This document shows positions 36,356 through 46,223 of a stretch of 64,000 bases of DNA, piece by piece. Below the pieces are notes generated by a model, which had not been told where the DNA came from, made no database searches, and saw only the letters and a program-made list of their open reading frames with translations. The DNA is taken from the NCBI GenBank assembly GCA_016183365.1, contig JACPES010000005.1:5895-69894 (forward strand). Direction: 5' to 3'. Made by a program: the position numbers and the translations under genes. The DNA is from Candidatus Collierbacteria bacterium. Its GTDB lineage: Bacteria; Patescibacteriota; Microgenomatia; UBA1400; JACPES01. The number at the start of each line of letters is the position of its first letter. Position 1 is the first letter of the stretch.

Positions 36356-36789
36356 GCGGGGCGTGGCAATCTAAAGTCATTGCGAGCGACCGGAGGGAGC
36401 GCGGCAATCTAAAAATTTGATGCAAGAACAGTCCTTCTGTGTTTATTTGATGAGCAATCCCGGCAGAACGGTACTTTATACCGGTGTAACCCGAAACTTG
36501 ATAAAACGGGTATGGCAACATAAAGAGAAAGTCGCTGATGGTTTTACCAAGAAATACAATGTTACCGATATGGTCTATTACGAAATCCTTGATTCACCGA
36601 TTGAAGCAATCGAACGCGAAAAGCAAATTAAGAGTTGGTCGAGAAAAAGGAAAAATCGCTTGGTAGAAGCGGAAAATTCTTCATGGAAAGATTTATACGA
36701 TGAAATCGTATCATGGTGAGTAATGCAAGAGGGATGACGCTAAAGCGTCAGATTGCCACGCCCCGCCGGTAGCGGGGCTCGCAATGACG
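36333..36789. mobile_element. GIY-YIG cassette bounded by 40-bp inverted repeats (CGTCATTGCGAG...GGCAATCT)
   Basis: 36333-36372 and 36750-36789 are near-exact reverse complements; extra unit at 36376-36410. Confidence 0.7.
36417..36719 (+). CDS. GIY-YIG nuclease family protein
   Basis: CVYLMSN...LYTGVT.NL.KR..QHK...FTKKY...AIEREKQIK.WSR. Confidence 0.92.
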   Translation: MMQEQSFCVYLMSNPGRTVLYTGVTRNLIKRVWQHKEKVADGFTKKYNVTDMVYYEILDSPIEAIEREKQIKSWSRKRKNRLVEAENSSWKDLYDEIVSW

Positions 36790-36797
36790 ATACTTCT

Positions 36798-37094
36798 CTA
36801 GGCTTTTTCAACCAATTCATAGGCCTTTTCTTCTGTCAGCTTATCTAAATTAATTCCCCGCTTTTTGGCCCAGCGGCGGCCGACTTTTTTGCCTGCTGCC
36901 ATCATTCGGTCAAACCGCAGCCTCCACATTTTCTCTTTTGCCTGCTCGGTTTCCAGAATTCGTCTATAAGACAGCAGTACCGCTTCCGGGACGCTATCTC
37001 GAACAATTACTACCGAAGTATCCTGTTGGGAAACATCGGCCACTAATCTGCTCAAGTTATTTCTGGCATCGGTGATACTGACTATCTGTTGCAT
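36798..37094 (-). CDS. Phd/YefM-type antitoxin (no adjacent toxin)
   Basis: VSITDARNNLSRLV...VVIVRDSVPEAVLLS. Confidence 0.8.
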   Translation of the reverse strand: MQQIVSITDARNNLSRLVADVSQQDTSVVIVRDSVPEAVLLSYRRILETEQAKEKMWRLRFDRMMAAGKKVGRRWAKKRGINLDKLTEEKAYELVEKA

Positions 37095-37292
37095 ACAACG
37101 TACATTGTAAACGACAATAATAATTTGTCAAGAAGATAAATTTCGGAATATATCGTAACGAAGCCAAATCCCTACGAGTCGGTGATTGACGTGACCGGAC
37201 TGGGCCGATAAGCAATCGGCACCATTTCGGCGGGTGTCAAATTTTTAATTTACTTCTTGTGAGTTAACCGGCCAACTTTTATAATCCTGCCC

Positions 37293-39665
37293 ATGGACAG
37301 AAGGCGCCGCCGCGTTGGTTTTGACGTAGATGTTTTTTCCGGATTCAGGTTATTAGGTAAACCCCTTTATTACTTTCTATTTTTGGCGCTGCCATCCGGC
37401 ATTCTTTTAATTACCAGTCTTGCCGCTAGACTAAAAACTAATTCCCAAAAATATTCAAAAGGGGCCATCAGGAAAACCCGCAAGACTGCCAAACGGCTTG
37501 GTTTTCCAAAAATTGTTATTCCAAAAATTTCATTGCCGCCTATATCGATTTTCTATGCCGCAATTTTTTTATCTATTATTGGCATTCTATGGATGTTTTA
37601 TTTTTATATCTTCAAAGATCTTCCCACCCCTTATGATTTAAAAAAACACCAGCCAAAACTCAGTACCCATATTTTGGACCGCAATGAACAAGAGCTGTAT
37701 AAAATCTATAAGGACGAAAACCGGTCATTGATAAAAATAGATGAGCTCCCGTCATACTTAATTGACGCTACGGTTTCTATCGAAGATAAAGAATTTTGGA
37801 ATCATGCGGGTTTTTCACCCACTGGCATCATTCGAGCAATTTACCACAATTGGTTTATCTCCTTAGCCCTTAGCCCTAGACCCTCGACTCTTGCTACGCA
37901 GGGCGGATCTACCATCACCCAACAGCTAATAAAAAATACATTGTTAACTCCGGAAAAAACTATAAGACGAAAGGTGCGAGAATTAATTCTGTCCGTATGG
38001 GTAGAACGGGTATTTTCTAAAAAAGAAATTTTGGAAATGTATCTTAACGAAGTAAGCTTTGGCGGCACGGCTTACGGAATCCAGGAAGCCTCACAACAGT
38101 ATTTCGGAAAGAATGCCGTCTCCTTATCACTGGCTGAAGCCGCTTTATTAGCCGGTTTACCGGCCGCTCCGACCGCCTATTCTCCTTTCGGAATCAACCA
38201 AGGAAAAGCTAAAGAACGACAAGCCGATGTTTTAAGGAGGATGGCAGAAGACAAAAATATTTCTGCGGAATCAGCGGAAGAAGCCCTAAGGGAAGAACTT
38301 AAATTTTCCCAAAATTCGACCAATATTAAAGCCCCGCATTTTGTGATGTACGTCCGCGACTGGTTGGCTTCAAAGTTTGGAGAGGATATGGTAAACAACG
38401 GCGGCCTTAAAGTTATTACCACTCTTGATCTGGATTTACAGGAATTTGTTCAAAAAACGGTAACTGACGAAGTAGCCAGCCTAAAAAAATTAAAGGTTAC
38501 CAATGGAGCGGCGTTAGTGACTGATCCTAAAAGCGGGGAAATCTTGAGCCTGGTAGGTTCCCAAAATTATTTCGACTTTCAACATGACGGTCAAGTCAAC
38601 GTTGTTTTCCGTCCGCGCCAACCGGGATCGTCCATTAAGCCCATAATGTACGCTGCGGCATTCCAGAAAGGTTTTACCCCGGCCTCGGTGATTCTCGACG
38701 CCCCGATATCTTTTTCAACTCCCGGTTCTAAACCATACAGTCCGGTTAATTACGATGGTAAATTTCATGGCCCGATCCCAATTAGGACCGCTTTAGCCAG
38801 TTCTTACAATGTTCCGGCAGTTAAAGTTCTGTCAACTATCGGAGTTAATATTATGATAGATCAAGGAGAAGCCATGGGGATAAACACCTGGGGCGACAGA
38901 AAAAGGTTTGGTTTATCGCTGACTTTGGGTGGCGGAGAAATTACCATGGCAGATATGGCGGAAGCATACGGAACGATAGCAAATTATGGGGTCTATGTTC
39001 CGCTAAATCCAATACTCAAAGTTGAAAATAGTCAGGGAAAAGTGTTGTTTCAGAAAACTCCGAATAGTCAGAATGTCGGAACGTCAGACAGTCAGACAGT
39101 CGGAAATTCTGATTCTCAGATTTTTCCGAGTATTCCGAACAGGGCTATGCCCGCCGGAGTAGCTTTTCAATTAATTGATATCTTGTCTGACCCGATCGCC
39201 CGAGCTCCGGCATTCGGGACCAGATCAGTCTTAAATATCCCTGGCCATCAGGTGGCGGTTAAAACCGGCACTACCAATAATCTTCGGGACAACTGGACAT
39301 TCGGCTTTACGACTGACTTCGTAGTATCTGCCTGGGTGGGCAATAACGATAATTCTCCGATGAGCTATATTGCTTCCGGAATTACCGGGGCATCTCCGAT
39401 TTGGTCAAGAATTACCCAAGGCATTTTAAGCCAGAGAAAAACTCCGCACGTCTTTCCCCAACCCCAAGATTTAGTGACTATAAAAATCTGCGCTCTAACC
39501 GGACAATTAGCATGCGAAGATTGTCCGGTCCGGGAAGAATTTTTTATTCCCGGGACTGAACCCAAAACCGCCTGCCGTCCGGAGACGATCGATGAAATCA
39601 GACGCAAACAGGAAGAATCAAAAAATAAAGACCGGATTCTGGATGGGGCTGCCTCCAGACGCTAA
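37293..39665 (+). CDS. class A penicillin-binding protein 1A family, copy 2
   Basis: EDKEFWNH, GGSTITQQ, QPGSSIKP, SYN, KTGT. Confidence 0.95.
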   Translation: MDRRRRRVGFDVDVFSGFRLLGKPLYYFLFLALPSGILLITSLAARLKTNSQKYSKGAIRKTRKTAKRLGFPKIVIPKISLPPISIFYAAIFLSIIGILWMFYFYIFKDLPTPYDLKKHQPKLSTHILDRNEQELYKIYKDENRSLIKIDELPSYLIDATVSIEDKEFWNHAGFSPTGIIRAIYHNWFISLALSPRPSTLATQGGSTITQQLIKNTLLTPEKTIRRKVRELILSVWVERVFSKKEILEMYLNEVSFGGTAYGIQEASQQYFGKNAVSLSLAEAALLAGLPAAPTAYSPFGINQGKAKERQADVLRRMAEDKNISAESAEEALREELKFSQNSTNIKAPHFVMYVRDWLASKFGEDMVNNGGLKVITTLDLDLQEFVQKTVTDEVASLKKLKVTNGAALVTDPKSGEILSLVGSQNYFDFQHDGQVNVVFRPRQPGSSIKPIMYAAAFQKGFTPASVILDAPISFSTPGSKPYSPVNYDGKFHGPIPIRTALASSYNVPAVKVLSTIGVNIMIDQGEAMGINTWGDRKRFGLSLTLGGGEITMADMAEAYGTIANYGVYVPLNPILKVENSQGKVLFQKTPNSQNVGTSDSQTVGNSDSQIFPSIPNRAMPAGVAFQLIDILSDPIARAPAFGTRSVLNIPGHQVAVKTGTTNNLRDNWTFGFTTDFVVSAWVGNNDNSPMSYIASGITGASPIWSRITQGILSQRKTPHVFPQPQDLVTIKICALTGQLACEDCPVREEFFIPGTEPKTACRPETIDEIRRKQEESKNKDRILDGAASRR
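39049..39139. repeat. shorter family A in-frame element (PBP copy 2)
   Basis: TTCAGAAAACTCCGAA...TTCCGAGTATTCCGAA; encodes QKTPNSQNVGTSDSQTVGNSDSQIFPSIPN. Confidence 0.82.
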
Positions 39666-39666
39666 A

Positions 39667-39858
39667 TTATTCACCCCCCTTAAGGTAAAAAAATAAAGAC
39701 ACCAAAAGAGTAACTATAAATAAAAACAATCCGGCCCACCTTGGACCGGAGGTTTCTTTAGCTCTTTTTCTTCTATTACTGGCCCGATCCGACAACTTAA
39801 GCTCCACCTGTTGTCTCCTGACCAGCTTTAAATTATTATTATCTTTTAGGCCATCCAT
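39667..39858 (-). CDS. small membrane protein
   Basis: 63 aa, C-terminal TM, overlaps the cmk end. Confidence 0.5.
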   Translation of the reverse strand: MDGLKDNNNLKLVRRQQVELKLSDRASNRRKRAKETSGPRWAGLFLFIVTLLVSLFFYLKGGE

Positions 39859-40543
39859 ACTTTAACCTTTCTTTGGCTAATCTGACAATCTTGTCAACCA
39901 CTTCTGCAATCGTCATATCGCTGGTATCGATTGCGACGGCGCCGGCGGCCTTTTTTAGCGGCCGGAGGGGCCGAGTGATATCTTGATTATCCCTGTCGAT
40001 TAATTCTTTCAGAACTTGATTAAAAATCGGGTTTAAGCCGCGAGCTATTAACTCTTGACGCCGCCTTTTGGCCCTGATTTCAGGCGCGGCGGTGAGAAAA
40101 ATCTTTAATTGGGCGTCAGGAATGACAAAAGTGCCAATGTCCCGACCCTCCATAACAACATTTTGATTTTTGGCTAACAATCTTTGAATTTCAGTCAGAT
40201 AATCGCGGACGCAAAGATATTTGCTTACTAATGAGGATCCGCGGCTACTTTCTTCGGAGCGAATTTCCCAGGAGACATCTTTCCCTTCCAAAATAACGGT
40301 ACATAGCCGGCCATCTTGTTCGTTTTCGGTCGGAGGACGCAATTCCAATTTAGGGGTTAGTTTTTCGATCAAAGAACAAACTGCCGCCTCATCGGTTTTG
40401 TTAACTCTATCCCAATCGCATAAAACTGAAATAGCCCTATACATGGCTCCGGTGTCAACGTAAAGAAAGCCTAATTTTTCGGCGACTTGCTTGGCGATTG
40501 TCCCCTTCCCGGCAGCGATGGGCCCATCAATAGCAATCTGCAT
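39839..40543 (-). CDS. cmk: cytidylate kinase
   Basis: IAIDGP.AAGKGT, DTGAMYR, VMEGRDIGT. Confidence 0.95.
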   Translation of the reverse strand: MQIAIDGPIAAGKGTIAKQVAEKLGFLYVDTGAMYRAISVLCDWDRVNKTDEAAVCSLIEKLTPKLELRPPTENEQDGRLCTVILEGKDVSWEIRSEESSRGSSLVSKYLCVRDYLTEIQRLLAKNQNVVMEGRDIGTFVIPDAQLKIFLTAAPEIRAKRRRQELIARGLNPIFNQVLKELIDRDNQDITRPLRPLKKAAGAVAIDTSDMTIAEVVDKIVRLAKERLKYGWPKR

Positions 40544-40601
40544 AAAGGGAATTTTACCACGGATTTATTAACCCCGGTGTAAAGCATCAGATACTTTACA
40601 C

Positions 40602-41567
40602 TTATACCGGATTAACGGGAGGTTTACCGGAAAGTACGGTCAAAACATTTTCCACCGCAATTTTGGTCATTTCCTCTCTGGCCTCAATCGTAGCTGAACC
40701 GATATGAGGCGTCATAATAATATTGGGCAGCTTAGTCATCTTCCACCAAGTAGAGTCATCTGCTAATCCGGTTTCATTTTCATAGACGTCAATAGCCGCT
40801 CCCCAAATTCGCCTATTCACCAAGGCTTCATATAACGCTGCCTCATTTATCACCGGTCCCCTGGAAGTATTGATTAAAATAGCCGATGGTTTCATTAAAT
40901 CTAACTGATCCTTCCCGATCATATGCCTGGTTTTCGGCGTCAAAGGCACGTGCAGACTAATCACATCAACTTCAGACAACAACTGTGGAAGCTTCTCAAA
41001 CCTCCAGCCAGGAACCGCTGCCTCCGGCTTTTCTGACCGGGCGGTGTAGACCACTTTCATTCCCAAAACCGAATCAGCCAGCCGGGCAGTCGCCAGTCCT
41101 ATAGTCCCCAAGCCGACGATGCCAATAGTTTTCTCCGACAAATCCAGTCCCAGAAACAAGCTCGGATCCCAGGCCGTGTAGTTTCCTTCCCGCATCCATT
41201 TATCCGACTCCACGATCCTTCTGGACAACGCCAAAATCAAGGCAATAGTCAACTCGGCGACTGAATCGCCTAAATGGCTGGGGGTATTGGTAACGGCAAT
41301 ATTTTTTTGAGAAGCGGCGTCTAGATCTATATTGTCAAAGCCAACGGCATAATTGGCGACAATTTTAAGATCCGGACCGGCCTTGTCAAAAAATTCAGAG
41401 TCCATTTTTTCCGTCAGCATCGGAATTACCGCGCTGGTTCCGGCTGTTTTTTTTAATAAAATATCACGGGGAATTATCCCCGGCCCTGGCCAAATTTCGA
41501 CCTCATGGATTTTTTTCAATTCTTCAAGCGCTTTCCCCGGAATTTGTCTGGTAATAAAAATCTTCAT
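40602..41567 (-). CDS. D-glycerate/2-hydroxyacid dehydrogenase
   Basis: YAVGFDNID, GIVGLGTIG, INTSRG, TPHIGSAT. Confidence 0.92.
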   Translation of the reverse strand: MKIFITRQIPGKALEELKKIHEVEIWPGPGIIPRDILLKKTAGTSAVIPMLTEKMDSEFFDKAGPDLKIVANYAVGFDNIDLDAASQKNIAVTNTPSHLGDSVAELTIALILALSRRIVESDKWMREGNYTAWDPSLFLGLDLSEKTIGIVGLGTIGLATARLADSVLGMKVVYTARSEKPEAAVPGWRFEKLPQLLSEVDVISLHVPLTPKTRHMIGKDQLDLMKPSAILINTSRGPVINEAALYEALVNRRIWGAAIDVYENETGLADDSTWWKMTKLPNIIMTPHIGSATIEAREEMTKIAVENVLTVLSGKPPVNPV

Positions 41568-42544
41568 AAGTGAGTCAAACCTTTCTTTGCCCCAATAAAC
41601 TTAACTACATTCGCCGCCTGTTTTTTCCCCAATTCAACAGATTCTTCAATTGATTTCCCTCTCATAAATCCGACCACAAACCCAGAACCGAAAGCGTCGC
41701 CGGCGCCGGTAGAATCAACCATTTTGGTTTTAATTCCTTTATACCAGAAGCAATTTCCATTGTGACAAATCCGCCCTCCCCTTTTACCGTCGGTGATTAC
41801 CAAAATCGTTTCCGGCAAAATAGGGCAATGGTCAGCTTTCCAAACCGTTTCATCAATATAATTAACGCCAAAAAATTCTGTGGCTTCTTGACGATTCAAT
41901 TGCAAAACCTTGACGGCGTCTATTAAGGCCTGGCCTTGTCCAAACAATCCAGACAAGAATCCAGACAAGGCCAGGCCTTTTCTGACAACAGCAATTTCGG
42001 CTACACCAGGATTCCAGAAAACCTTCCTTTCCTTCTCCTTTCCCCAAACCAAAACTTTTTCCACTAATTCCATATCCCCGCCGACGCTGGTTAAATAAAT
42101 CCAACCCCCGGGCTTTAAAATCATTCCCAATTTGTCAAACGGAATATCACCGGCGATCAACATTTTTGAAGCCCCACGATAGGTAACAATCGAATTCTTT
42201 CCCTCGCTGGACAATAAAATTACCGATACGGCCGTAGTCTCGTTTTCTTCCTGAGTAACAAAAGACCGATCCAAACCCTCACGTTCAAGTTCAATTAAAA
42301 TTGTTGCTGACGCCGGGTCTTTGCCTATTTCAATAATCGGCGCCGCCTGAAAACCGTTTCTGGCAAAAGCCACCGCTGAATTGGTCGCGCCGCCGCCACT
42401 GGTCATCACTAATTCCTGGGCTTCGATCTTACCTTCATATTTCTCGCAAAGATAAACGCCCCGCTCGTGGTGATCAATCTTAAATTGGTCTGATTTTAGG
42501 AAAATATCCAATGTCGCCGAGCCGATGGAAACCACATCAAGCAT
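41564..42544 (-). CDS. PfkB family carbohydrate kinase
   Basis: SGGGATNSA, DSTGAGDAFGSGF. Confidence 0.92.
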   Translation of the reverse strand: MLDVVSIGSATLDIFLKSDQFKIDHHERGVYLCEKYEGKIEAQELVMTSGGGATNSAVAFARNGFQAAPIIEIGKDPASATILIELEREGLDRSFVTQEENETTAVSVILLSSEGKNSIVTYRGASKMLIAGDIPFDKLGMILKPGGWIYLTSVGGDMELVEKVLVWGKEKERKVFWNPGVAEIAVVRKGLALSGFLSGLFGQGQALIDAVKVLQLNRQEATEFFGVNYIDETVWKADHCPILPETILVITDGKRGGRICHNGNCFWYKGIKTKMVDSTGAGDAFGSGFVVGFMRGKSIEESVELGKKQAANVVKFIGAKKGLTHL

Positions 42545-42566
42545 GAGTCTATGCTATCAAAATAAA

Positions 42567-42974
42567 CTAAGAGATAGAAGTAGGAAGTAAAACTTTAATG
42601 TCTTTCATTGGAAAGTCTTTGTAATTTCTTGTGACCAAAGTTAGATTGTACAATTTAGCTGTAGCGGCGATAAAACAAGCTAATAAGTAAACGCGTTTTT
42701 TCTTGCGGGCAAAATCTTTTCGATACTTCCCGGCGATTTCCGCCACAACTTGATCGACTGCTAACGCTCCGAATCTGCTGACTAGTAAATCCAATTTTTC
42801 TTTCTCGATCACAGAAGCCTTGCTGACTATCTCGGCAACGGTCACCGCAGACAGGGCAATTTCTCCACTTTCAATCCAAGATTTAACTCGTGAAGCGATT
42901 GGCTCTTCTCCGTGGAAAGCCTCCAGCATCACGTTGGTATCTAATAGATATTTAGGGGCGGTGCCGATCTTCAT
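42567..42974 (-). CDS. vapC: PIN-domain toxin (VapC-like)
   Basis: YLLDTNV, TVAEI, LVTRNYKDF. Confidence 0.88.
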   Translation of the reverse strand: MKIGTAPKYLLDTNVMLEAFHGEEPIASRVKSWIESGEIALSAVTVAEIVSKASVIEKEKLDLLVSRFGALAVDQVVAEIAGKYRKDFARKKKRVYLLACFIAATAKLYNLTLVTRNYKDFPMKDIKVLLPTSIS

Positions 42975-43239
42975 CTTTTCGCAATTTCCTTTGCCACTCG
43001 CCAATATTTTTTACGTTTTTCCATCCGCTTTTCGACTTGGGGACACTGCCTATCACCGTTTGGGCTATCAATTTAAGATCGTTCCTTTCCACGTCTTCAA
43101 TCGCCATTCTCAGAACCGCAGCTCGTCGAAGATATTCGCTGAGACTTTCGTTCGATATGGTACTCCGCGTCTCTACCAACTTCTTTAACGCCGGTGACAA
43201 AGATATCTGGGTTCTGGTGGGGTAAATCGCCGTATTCAT
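42952..43239 (-). CDS. RHH-like antitoxin
   Basis: RTQISL...ESLSEYLRRA; overlaps the toxin start. Confidence 0.8.
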   Translation of the reverse strand: MNTAIYPTRTQISLSPALKKLVETRSTISNESLSEYLRRAAVLRMAIEDVERNDLKLIAQTVIGSVPKSKSGWKNVKNIGEWQRKLRKDEDRHRP

Positions 43240-43354
43240 AATGATGTAATGTTAATACATCATTATATTGAAGTCAAGACACATTATTGGCGTTGTTTTA
43301 GTAAAATAAAACAAACTGCAATCGCTCTGATATTTCATCCCAATTAATCATTTT

Positions 43355-44170
43355 TTAATCAAACAATATTTTAGCTATTTGTTTGGCGAATTCGACAGGA
43401 TTGGGGCGCTGCCAGATGTTGCGGCCCACGGCCATGCCGGCGGCGCCGGCGGCTTTGACTACTTTCGCCAATTGAAGTACTTGATCGTCTGGAATTTTTG
43501 AGCCGCCACTAATAAAAACTTTACACTTGCCGGCATTTTGGATTATCCAGCCAAGATTTTTAATGTCCTGGTCTTGGTTATCGCCAAGAGTAAATTGGAG
43601 TTTGACGGCGTCGGCACCAAGCTCTAATGCCAACCGAGCGGCATACGCCAATTTTTCCGGATCGTGAGGATTGATAATATGTTCTCCCCGTAAATAAAAC
43701 CAGCCGATAGTCGGAATTCCTTTTTGATTGCATTCCCTGACAACCCTGCCAAAAGTTTCCGTCATTTCGGCCTCGCGTTCACTGCCAACGTAAACCGTGT
43801 AACCAACGCCGCTTGCCCCCAACCCCAAAGCCTCATCAACCGAACATAACAATGGCGCGAATGGTTCTTCGCCGACATGAAAAGCGGTCTTGCCGTTGAG
43901 TTTTATTATTAACGGCGGCAAATCATTGCTTTTTGCTTCTTGCTTCTTGCTTCTTGGATAATATCTCTCCGCTATTCCCTTTTGAAAAATGACTCCGGTA
44001 AAAACCCCGGATTTCTTGGCAATATCTAAAATATATGCCGGATCAACGTTTTTAGCGTTAAAATCGCTCGGCCCATGCTCAAAACCCTGATCATAAGCCA
44101 AAAACAAGCCGTGATTATTTCTTAAAAATTTATCCACTTTGAAAGAACAAAAAGCAAAAAACGGAATCAA
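43355..44170 (-). CDS. fbaB: class I (DhnA-type) fructose-bisphosphate aldolase; true start probably near 44137
   Basis: LAYDQGFEHGP, KLNGKT, ELGADAVK, GMAVGRNIWQ. Confidence 0.9.
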   Translation of the reverse strand: MIPFFAFCSFKVDKFLRNNHGLFLAYDQGFEHGPSDFNAKNVDPAYILDIAKKSGVFTGVIFQKGIAERYYPRSKKQEAKSNDLPPLIIKLNGKTAFHVGEEPFAPLLCSVDEALGLGASGVGYTVYVGSEREAEMTETFGRVVRECNQKGIPTIGWFYLRGEHIINPHDPEKLAYAARLALELGADAVKLQFTLGDNQDQDIKNLGWIIQNAGKCKVFISGGSKIPDDQVLQLAKVVKAAGAAGMAVGRNIWQRPNPVEFAKQIAKILFD

Positions 44171-44184
44171 TTGTTTTTTGTTTT

Positions 44185-45216
44185 TTACTTTACCACTTCC
44201 AACACAGACTTGAAAATATTTTCCGCCGTCATTTCATACCTTTCCAATAATTCTCCCGCCTCTCCTGATTCTCCGAAACAATCCTTCATCCCGACTCTTT
44301 TTATCGGGACAGGACAAAATTCAGACAAAACTTCAGCCACCGCCCCACCCAAACCTCCTGTAATCTGATGTTCTTCCACCGTCACCACCCGGCCGGTTTT
44401 GCGGGCGGATTTGACGATGGTCTGGACATCGAGCGGCTTAATGGTGGAAACGTTGATAACTTCTGCAGAAAGTGGACTACTAAAATGGTTAGAATGGCTA
44501 GAATGGTCAAAATGGCTAGAAGCCCGCAACTTATCTTTATAACCATTTAAGCCATTTAAACCATTGTAACCATTTTGTAGCGCTTCTGCCGCTTTTATCG
44601 CCTCATACACCAACGGCCCGCAAGCCACAATTGTAACGTCTGTTCCTTCTTTCAATATTTCGGCTTTTCCGATCCGAAAAGGGATATCGCGATGGCAAAA
44701 AACTGGCGTTTTTTCCCGAGTCAGGCGAATGTAAATCGGACCCTTGTTTTCCGCCGCCGCTAGGGTTGCCGCCCGGGCCTGATTATAATCGGCCGGAACC
44801 AGAACTGTCATATTCGGCAACACCCGAGCCAAAGCGATATCTTCCAATCCTTGATGGGTAGCCCCGTCCGGCCCATTAGATAAGCCGGAATGCCCGCCGA
44901 TGATTTTGACATTAAGATTTGCATAACAAATTGAAGCCCTAATCTGCTCCCAATTCCTCCCCGGATTAAAAACTGCAAAACTGGTTATAAAAGGAATAAA
45001 TCCCTCTGCCGCCAGCCCGGCGGCAATTCCGGCCATATTCTGCTCGGCTACTCCGACTTGAATAAATCGATCCGGAAATTGTTTGGCAAAATCAGTTACC
45101 TTCAAACTTTCACCTAAATCCGCCGTTAAAACCACCACTTGACGGTCGGTTTTCCCCAATTCCACCAAAGCCTCTCCAAAACCGTCTCTTGTCGCTTTCA
45201 TATCATTACTTTTCAT
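44185..45216 (-). CDS. tkt: transketolase C-terminal subunit
   Basis: GVAEQNM, DGATHQ, VEEHQ..GGLG. Confidence 0.93.
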   Translation of the reverse strand: MKSNDMKATRDGFGEALVELGKTDRQVVVLTADLGESLKVTDFAKQFPDRFIQVGVAEQNMAGIAAGLAAEGFIPFITSFAVFNPGRNWEQIRASICYANLNVKIIGGHSGLSNGPDGATHQGLEDIALARVLPNMTVLVPADYNQARAATLAAAENKGPIYIRLTREKTPVFCHRDIPFRIGKAEILKEGTDVTIVACGPLVYEAIKAAEALQNGYNGLNGLNGYKDKLRASSHFDHSSHSNHFSSPLSAEVINVSTIKPLDVQTIVKSARKTGRVVTVEEHQITGGLGGAVAEVLSEFCPVPIKRVGMKDCFGESGEAGELLERYEMTAENIFKSVLEVVK

Positions 45217-46156
45217 AGATCCCCGGAAATCCTTCCCCCAATGTCCTTAGCCGATTAAGTTCTGCCAAAGCCTCTACCGCCTGACCCTTTTCCATCGGCG
45301 GAATCCCATGCCAATTTGGCATATTTTCCATAAATGCAACGCCTTTTCCCGGAATAGTATTGGCCATAATCCACACTGGCTTTCGATGGATACTTAAATC
45401 AAAATCTAAAGCATTTGAAATCTCCTGAAAATTGTGACCATTGATAGACAAAACATGGAAACCAAACGCTCCCAGTTTTTCCGCCAGTGGTTCCAATGGC
45501 ATTATTTCTTCTGTGAATCCGCCGATTTGGATATGATTTCTATCGGTAATAAAAGTCAGATGATCCAAATTATTTTTGGAAGCGAACATCGCCGCTTCCC
45601 AAGTTTGCCCTTCCTGTAACTCGGCATCGGAGGTGAAACAAATGACACGGGGGAGATGAACAAGAGAATGGCTAGAATGGTTAGAATGGCTATAAAGGTT
45701 TTTTTCTTTCTGACCATTTAAACCATTGTAACCATTTTTAACCATTTCCTGTTTTTTTCTCACCGCCATCGCTACTCCGACTGCCGTGCTCACTCCCTGA
45801 CCCAATGGACCGGAAGTATTTTCTATCCCCGGGGCGCTTCTGAAATGCGGATGACCTTGTAGTCTGGAATTAATCTTTCTAAAAGTCAGCAGTTCTTCTT
45901 TCGGAAAATAACCGGCATGAGCTAAAGCCGCATACCACACCGGACAAATATGACCATTGGATAATATAATTCTATCCCGATTTTCATCCCACGGATTTTT
46001 CGGATCAAGATTCAGCTTACCCCCGAAATAAACAGCGGTAAATACATCCGCCATTCCCAAAGATCCGGCAGAATGACCGGAACCGGCGGAGACAAGCATT
46101 TTAATTACGTCTTGTCTAATTTCGTTGGCCTTGTCTTGGAGTTCTTCGAGAGTCAT
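45206..46156 (-). CDS. tkt: transketolase N-terminal subunit
   Basis: GSGH, DRIILSNGH, LQGHP, GPLGQG, SDAELQEG, TIPGKG. Confidence 0.93.
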   Translation of the reverse strand: MTLEELQDKANEIRQDVIKMLVSAGSGHSAGSLGMADVFTAVYFGGKLNLDPKNPWDENRDRIILSNGHICPVWYAALAHAGYFPKEELLTFRKINSRLQGHPHFRSAPGIENTSGPLGQGVSTAVGVAMAVRKKQEMVKNGYNGLNGQKEKNLYSHSNHSSHSLVHLPRVICFTSDAELQEGQTWEAAMFASKNNLDHLTFITDRNHIQIGGFTEEIMPLEPLAEKLGAFGFHVLSINGHNFQEISNALDFDLSIHRKPVWIMANTIPGKGVAFMENMPNWHGIPPMEKGQAVEALAELNRLRTLGEGFPGIYEK

Positions 46157-46223
46157 AATTAAGAAATCTAAGTCTGTGCTAATCGATCCTAATCTACGAA
46201 TCCTTAAATATTCGGATCGCGAT

